Positions 13,231 through 64,000 of a stretch of 64,000 nt of DNA are shown here, in pieces. A program made the position numbers and the translations under genes. The stretch is from assembly GCF_009914755.1 (NCBI RefSeq), contig NC_060931.1. One strand, written 5' to 3'. The notes beneath the pieces are model-generated. The model searched no databases. It had not been told where the DNA came from and saw only the letters and a list, made by a program, of their open reading frames with translations. The first letter of the stretch is position 1, and each line of letters opens with the position of its first letter. This DNA comes from the human T2T-CHM13v2.0 reference genome, Homo sapiens.

Positions 13231-13746
13231 TTTCAAAAGACAAAATTACATCAAATTCAGTTTAAAGATCTCAGTTGGCTTTATTTGCGATTCTAGAATA
13301 GGGTAACACTTCATCCCATAAAACACAGTGAGTATTCTCATGAGCTAAGCAGAAGGGCTTGGCCTTACAGACAAAGACGGGCTGGATAACGCAGAAGCAA
13401 AAAACAAAGACTGTTAGTCTTTCCAAAGCTACTTTTCTTTTAAGGTGGGGACAGTGAGACACCACAATAGAAAAATAAGTGGTTGGTTAACATCAGGTGA
13501 CTTCAGGCCACATTTTTTGTGTAAGGATTAAAGCAAAAGAGATTCATTATCGTGCCTATTGAAGATTTAAACTGGCCTGTTTGGGAAATTGCCTGTTATC
13601 TCTTTCTCCTGATTTCTCAGGTCAGTTAACAACCTATCTTGGGTCCTTAGCATGGGTGGCTCTGCTTTGATTTTTAGTCTGGTCTGCTGGGGTCTGGTAT
13701 GGAAGCTTAGTCCAAAATAATGGCCTTCTATAATTTTTATTTGGCA
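13231..13746 (-). mobile_element. Solo ERV1 LTR (MER67/MER31-like)
   Basis: Minus strand begins TGCCAAATAAAAATTATAGAAGGCCATTATTTTGGACTAAGC; near-TSD cacc/catc. Confidence 0.75.
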
Positions 13747-14635
13747 CATCCATCCAGGGAATGTTTATTTTTCTCACTCAGGCATCATCTTTGAGTCCTT
13801 TGGACTCAGGAGTGAGGTGGGGGCGAGGCATCTTTTGGACCCCCATTATAGCTCTAGGCTCAACACCCCCTTCCATTGTTCTTCCCAGCAAGGAAAGAGA
13901 GCTATCATGTTCCTAGCACTGAGAGTGGATTCAATCATTGAGTAGCACTTCTCAGCAGAAATTCCTTTTTGAAAGCTTAACAGTAGGGGAGATAATCAAA
14001 ACAAATTCTTACAGTGGAACTTCACCCAGTGTCACAATGGATGGGGAGATGTTGTGGGGGCAACCATGGAGGTGGCTACCTATCCCTCCTTTAACACGGG
14101 CTGGAACTTCCTTTCCCCACCTTCTCCTTCTATATCCAGTCATGCACCAATTACTCACCACAGGCTTGTGTTTCTTCCACTGAAATCTCTCTTCAAGGCC
14201 ATCTCAGACATTTCCTCTGCCATCCACAAGTCCAGATGTAGCATCCTAAATCTCGGTTTCCCCAAGAGGCTCATATTTGGCTCCCTGCTTAGAGGATCTC
14301 TGCCAGGCACCATCCTGCAAGGTTCACCATTTTCAGCATTGCCCTCATCAATCAGTTACCTGCTTAGAAACCTTCCAAGGCTCTCCATATCATCTGGTGT
14401 GTACTCCTCTGTTTGGATTGTGAGATCCTTTGCCCTCTAGCCCACCTTCTGGTATTTTACCTTCCCCACCACTCCCAGGTTCAAGTCTCTGCTCTGCTAG
14501 GCTAAGTTTCCTCCTTAACCCAGCTGTGTATCATGTGCTCTCCCCTGGTTCCCTGTCTAGCTTATATTTTCTTACCACCAGAAATCCAGGCTCTTTTCAC
14601 ATTTGCCTTGGCACAAAGGCTCAGCTCAAACTCCA

Positions 14636-14935
14636 TTTTTTTTTTTTTTTTTTTGAGACGGAGTCTCACTCTGTTGCCTAGGCTGGAGCGCAGTGGTGCC
14701 ATCTGGGCTCACTGCAAGCTCTGCCTCCCGGGTTCACACCATTCTCATGCCTCAGCCTCCTGAGTAGCTGGGACTACAGGCTCCCGCCACCACACCCGGC
14801 TAACTTTTTGTATTTTTAGTAGAGACGGAGTTTCACCATGCTAGCCAGGATGGTCTCGATCTCCTGACCTCGTGATCCACCTGCCTTGGCCTCCCAAAGT
14901 GCTGGGGTTACAGGCGTGAGCCACTGAGCCCAGCC
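14636..14935 (-). mobile_element. AluY
   Basis: Poly-T + gagacggagtctc...gcaagctctgcctcccgggttcacaccattc. Confidence 0.95.
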
Positions 14936-16139
14936 TGAAACTTGATTTTTTCCAGGAAGCTTTTATTGATTCTCCAAGTACATACTTCCAGTTTATTGAA
15001 CTACTGTTTATTTGATAGGTGCTGGAGACATGAGGATGAATTATGGCCTCTGCCTTTTGGTTTCTGTCTTCTCTCTGACTCCCAGGAGAATGAAAAACCA
15101 AGTTAATCCAGTCATTCTTAAAATCAGAAACACTGTGTATATACCTTTCCCCTTAAAGCAGATATTTGAGAATGCAAACCCAGAGATTTAAAGTGTGTGC
15201 TGATAAATTTGACACACAAAGGACAGACGAAAATTTCCTTGCTGCTTGTTGTGGTTGAGGCTTTCTAGGCTTAATATAACGTGTATGAACAACTAAAATT
15301 AAATAAACTATGGTTTCTAAAAATAAGCAGTTATATTTTCTTCTTAAGCAATGAAGAACAAAGTCAGATTAATGTAGATCTATGTTTATGAACAAGAAAA
15401 GATCACCTTTGTTTAAAGAACAGTATACGTGATATGGTCTAATCTTTGTTTAAGAAAAAAACTCGAAAGCAGAGAAAGAAATTTGGAAAGACATATGCCA
15501 AATGGTTTTCTTTGGATGGAAGAATTATTGATGGTTAAAGAAAACACTTTCTTTTAATTCACACTTTTTATAACAAGCAACTTCATTGTTGCTTGTTATA
15601 GGAAATGTCATCAGAAAGACATTTTCATTTTGGGAAAAAGCACAGAAAGAGGGATATCAATTTGGTGCAAATGCAGATGGATCACTTTCGAGAAAGTGCA
15701 AAATTGAATATTAAAAGGCCTTCTGTTTTGTTTTAATGTAGAGTGAGGATTGGAATGGGCCACATCTACAGGGACACTCAGCAGATGTGGACTGAGTGAC
15801 TGCAGTGTTTCAAGGTAAACATTATAAAAATAAACAAATGAGCAAACTAATGGAATGTGATAGACAGGATGCCTGAGTAATTACTATAAATGCTCTGGCC
15901 TTTTTTTTGTGTGTGTGTCAGAGACCCAGAAAAGACTTTAACCTCTAGGTCTATTAATCTGGCTTCTATCACAGGGTAGCTAGTGGCGTTTTATGGTCTC
16001 AATCATAACTATATTGCCCTTGGTATGCTCTAGCAATTTTGTTCTCTTTCCATCAAAGTTTGTTATCTTATCCTAGGAATGGAACATGTACACATTGGTG
16101 ATATCACACAGGTGGATGTCTACAACCTTGAGAATTTCA

Positions 16140-16230
16140 CATGCAGGTGGGAATTTTCCCATGTGGGAATTCACGTGAGTTCTCAGAAGGCCAGCAGATC
16201 ACCCTCAGCTGCCATCCCTACAAATAAAGT
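16140..16230 (+). promoter_or_regulatory. CPA2 proximal promoter: PTF1-type E-box+TC-box, extra RBPJ-type sites, E-box and TATA-like element
   Basis: CAGGTG (16144-16149)-N5-TTTCCCA (16155-16161); TGTGGGAA 16162-16169; CAGCTG 16206-16211; TACAAATAAA 16219-16228, about 45 nt upstream of the ATG. Confidence 0.7.
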
Positions 16231-16268
16231 TCAGGAAGGACTCTGAATTCTGGACTCCAGGAAAACCC

Positions 16269-39129
<22,861 letters not shown>

Positions 39130-39153
39130 GGCCCTGGGGAAGAAACAAGAGCC

Positions 39154-39159
39154 ATTAAA
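39154..39159 (+). terminator. CPA2 polyadenylation signal (ATTAAA variant)
   Basis: ATTAAA 25 nt after the stop, followed by a GU-rich element gttgggttgtgttgttt near 39181. Confidence 0.8.
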
Positions 39160-39290
39160 ATCTCTTTGGTTTGAAGCAAAGTTGGGTTGTGTTGTTTATT
39201 TTTCTAAGCCTGATCTGGCAGCACCGTTTCTCCAGTTTCTGCTGCCCTCAAACACAGCAAGTCATGGCATTGTACCCCTTCATCTTTTAG

Positions 39291-39787
<497 letters not shown>

Positions 39788-39796
39788 CCATTTGAC

Positions 39797-40155
39797 AGTT
39801 TTTTATTGTGTTAAATTATACACAAAACTTACAATTTTGACCATTTTTAAGTGTACAATTCATTGGCATTAAGTACATTCACAACGTTATGCCACCATCA
39901 CCATCATCCATCTCCAGAACTTTCCTATCATCCCAGACTGAAACTCTTCCCCATTAAACCATAACTCCCCATTCCTCTTTCCCTTCAGCCCCTGGCAACT
40001 ACTAGCTACTTTCTGTCTCTACGAATTAGCCTATTCTAGGTATTTCGTATAAGCGGAATTAAACAGTATTTGCCCTTTTGTGGCTAGCATTTTTTTTTTT
40101 TTTTGGTTAATATAATGTTTTCAAGGTTCATCCATGGTGTAGCATGTGTCACTGC
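39797..40155 (-). mobile_element. L1MB-type 3'-end fragment
   Basis: ccatttttaagtgtacaattca...cagcccctggcaac...ttttcaaggttcatccatg. Confidence 0.8.
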
Positions 40156-40329
40156 TTCATCGTAAGAGTGTAGCATTTTAGGGCTAGCAATGGACTTTCA
40201 AGTTCATGTATTCAATAAATACTCATGAAGCAACTGCACTGTGCCAGGCCTCGTGCCAGGTGCTATACCTGGTTCCATTGTTGCCTTTGGTTTTTCCTTT
40301 CCTGGTGTGCTGCTTTATGAAGACTTGTG

Positions 40330-40610
40330 GGGCAGGGCATGGTGACTCAGGCCCGTGATCTCAGCACTTTGGAAGGCTGAGGTGGGAGGATCAGGAGTTT
40401 GAGATCAGCCTGAGCAACACAGTGAGACCCCGTCTGTACAAAAACAAAACAAAGCACCCGTCATGGTGGCAAACATCTTTAGTCTCAGCTGCTTGGGAGG
40501 CTAAGTTGGGAGGATCACTCGAGCCCAAGAGTTTGAGACTTCAGTGAGCTATGATCGCACCACTGTACTCCAGCCTGGTCGACAGAGTGAAACTCTGTCT
40601 CAAAAAAAAC
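40330..40610 (+). mobile_element. AluJ
   Basis: gggaggatcactcgagcccaagagtttgag...gtgagctatgatcgcaccactg. Confidence 0.88.
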
Positions 40611-41059
40611 AAACACACAAATGGTGGGGACCCAAGCCAATGACATTCCTTTTTCCTGGTTGCCCTATCAAGCCTCGGTCTCAGGTTGCACACAGTTTCT
40701 CTTTAGATATTGACTCCCATTAGGGATTTAGGTTTTCTTCATGTGGATGATTTTCCCTGGGAGAAAAGGTAGGAACTAAATTTCAGCTTGCCTAGAACGC
40801 TTGGTCCTTGATTCTCCCACTTCACATCTCTTACAGATTTGGGTCTCAGTTGTTCTTGTTGCTGACTTCAAAGCTGACATCGATCTCAGTGACGCTGAGC
40901 CCACGCTTTGTGGTGGACAGGGTGGGTGTAGGAATTCAGTTGAAGTGTTGAGAGGACAAAAGGACCCTGAGGGAGCAAGAGGAGATGATGGCCCCTAGCT
41001 CCACAGCTCCTAACAAAGGCTCTCTCTGGGACCACACTTGAGATTCTGCACCCTCCTTT

Positions 41060-41385
41060 TGATTAGGCTGGTTCTTGAGCCCTGGCTAAGCCAGCCTGAG
41101 CAAAGATCCTGCGAAGTCATCCCTCCCACCTTGATATCTGATCAAGTTCCTCATCCCCACCTTTGATGGGGACTTTGATGTATAAGTCCTTGGCCTGCTT
41201 TTAGCAAGAATCCCCCTACCTTGATGTCTTCTCTTAGTAATCCCACTGATCCTCTCTGTTTTCTTTGCCGTATTCAGTGTTAAGCACAGTAAGTCTTTCC
41301 TACTGAAATAGCCATGGTCCTAATCATAATAATCTTGAATTAGGTCTTACATTTTAACACAGGTCAGGATAGTTTTTCTTTAACT
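41060..41385 (+). mobile_element. ERV1 LTR fragment (MER31-like)
   Basis: ttagcaagaatccccctaccttgatgtcttctcttagtaat; caggtcaggatagtttttctt. Confidence 0.55.
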
Positions 41386-41619
41386 CTCTCAACTATGACC
41401 CTTGGTTGTGTCCACTCCCTTTGAGTGGGTGTGGAAAGCATGTAGACCGTAGGGAGGGTGGGATGGGAAAGGCTGTGGGAACTGGGGCTCCCAGGACAGA
41501 CTCAAAGGTCCCAGAGCCCCTGAAGGCGTTATGGAGATATGAGTGTCTTCCATTTATTCAGCTGTGACTTGGCGGAAAGGACACCAGACCCACAGTCTAG
41601 GAAGTATAAGAAAATCTTA

Positions 41620-41913
41620 TTATTTATTTATTTATTTATTTATTTGAGATGGAGTCTCACTCTGTCGCGCAGGCTGGAGTGCAGTGGTGCGATCTCGGCT
41701 CACTGCAAGCTCCGCCTCCCAGGTTCACGCCATTCTCCTGAGTAGCTGGGGCTACAGGCGTCCGCCACCACGCCCGGCTAATTTTTTGTATTTTTAGTAG
41801 AGACGAGGTTTCACTGTGATAGCCAGGATGGTCTCAATCTCCTGACCTCGTGATCCGCCCACCTCGGCCTCCCAAAGTGCTAGGATTACAGGCATGAGCC
41901 ACCTCGCCCGGCT
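41620..41913 (-). mobile_element. AluY with (TTTA)n tail
   Basis: gcaagctccgcctcccaggttcacgccattctc; TSD gaaaatcttatta. Confidence 0.94.
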
Positions 41914-42404
41914 GAAAATCTTATTATTGATAAAACCATTAAGCCTTCCCCATAGATCAGACCCCAAGGAACACTGATAATTTATTCAGACTAAAACATC
42001 CTTTCTATATCATTTGCCTGATACATTTCTATTTCCTTAGTGGAGTCAGAAGAATTAGGCTTCAGATACATAAAAGAGGCCCCAAACCTCTTTCCTCATC
42101 CTGACCTGCCCTGGTGAAATTCTCTGGCAGGGCTTGTCAAGCATGTGGTCTTGGAGCCAGCTCAGTCTTGCTTTGATAGTCTTAACTTTTTTATTATTAT
42201 TCTAGAGGTAATTCTATGCCAGGTTTATAATCTGACCTCTCCTATCAGGATAAATTCCATCCAACACTGTGGAATTAGCTTATTCACTGAAAAAACACTA
42301 TTTAAATGCCAAGTGATGAGCAATATGGTACCCTTGGCACAGACTTTTTCAGCTCCTGGAGCAAGTTCCTGACCTTGTAAATCGAGATGCTCAACCTTTA
42401 TCAC

Positions 42405-42545
42405 TTGAAAGGAATGGGAGAGGCATTGGTAGGGCCTGCCTGTCACAGTCAGAGTTGCAAGGGTGCTTGGGAATCACATTAGCATTTTTGAGGACTTGAG
42501 TCACTCTCAGACTCTTTATAAATACAGCTTGACTCAGCCACTGTA
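42405..42545 (+). promoter_or_regulatory. CPA4 core promoter: TATA box flanked by two AP-1 sites, TEAD-like motif upstream
   Basis: TGAGTCA 42497-42503, TATAAA 42517-42522, TGACTCA 42530-42536, GGAATG 42411-42416; ATG at 42565. Confidence 0.75.
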
Positions 42546-42564
42546 TGACTGACTCCCCGGGGAC

Positions 42565-61545
<18,981 letters not shown>

Positions 61546-61885
61546 GTAAGTACTCGCTTATTTATGAGTTATTTAGAAAGCACTTTGAGAGGAAACTTGA
61601 AATGGAGTGGGAGGAGGGCTGTAAGTTAGACTTACTTGTCATCTGATTGTTTTTGTTGTTGGTAATAGACTGAACTACATCATGCCTGTGTGGTGACAGC
61701 TGTTGCATGCAGTCCCCTTCATCAACATCATATCAAAAATTCCTCATGCCCATCCCTTCATTTTCAAGGGAAACCCACCTTTCAGTTGGTAAACTGATGG
61801 TGGTAGTGGAGTTGGGGGAGACTCCCTCATCTTCCTAAAGGAGATGGACAAACATTGAGCCTGGACAACATAGCAAGACCCCATC

Positions 61886-62073
61886 TGATATGGTTTGGCT
61901 GTGTCCCCACCCAGCTCTCATCTTGAATTCCCACATGTTGTGGGAGGGACCTGGTGGGAGGTAATTGAATCATGGGGGCAGGTCTTTCCTGTGCTGTTCT
62001 CATGATAGTGAGTAAATCTCATGAGATCTGATGGTTATTATAAGGAGGAGTTTTCCAGCACAAGCCCTCTTCT
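61886..62073 (+). mobile_element. THE1 (MaLR) LTR, 5' part, interrupted by an ERV1
   Basis: TGATATGGTTTGGCTGTGTCCCCACCCA...CTCATGAGATCTGATGGTT is the THE1 LTR start. Confidence 0.9.

Positions 62074-64000
<1,927 letters not shown>

Overview
Primate (human-like) genomic DNA, about half of it interspersed repeats, matching the 7q32 carboxypeptidase A cluster. It holds the complete 11-exon CPA2 gene (+, CDS 16269-39129, 1260 nt = 419 aa + stop) and exons 1-10 of the tandem paralogue CPA4 (+, from 42565; the last exon lies beyond the window). Upstream are the 5' 4.6 kb of an antisense L1PA element and an RPL29 processed pseudogene split by a two-LTR ERV1 provirus. The strongest leads are five: (1) an open L1 ORF0 whose surviving splice donor is in frame with exon 2 of both CPA genes; (2) a repeat-poor CpG-rich promoter-like island around CPA2 exon 5; (3) a tailless 5'-half tRNA-Cys retrocopy with TSDs in CPA4 intron 1; (4) young AluYb8 and AluYa5 insertions; (5) a four-level nested TE stack with env remnants. 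No prokaryote-type system is present, and nearly all ORFs in the supplied track are repeat-derived or spurious. Repeat subfamily names are from memory of consensus sequences, not from a search.
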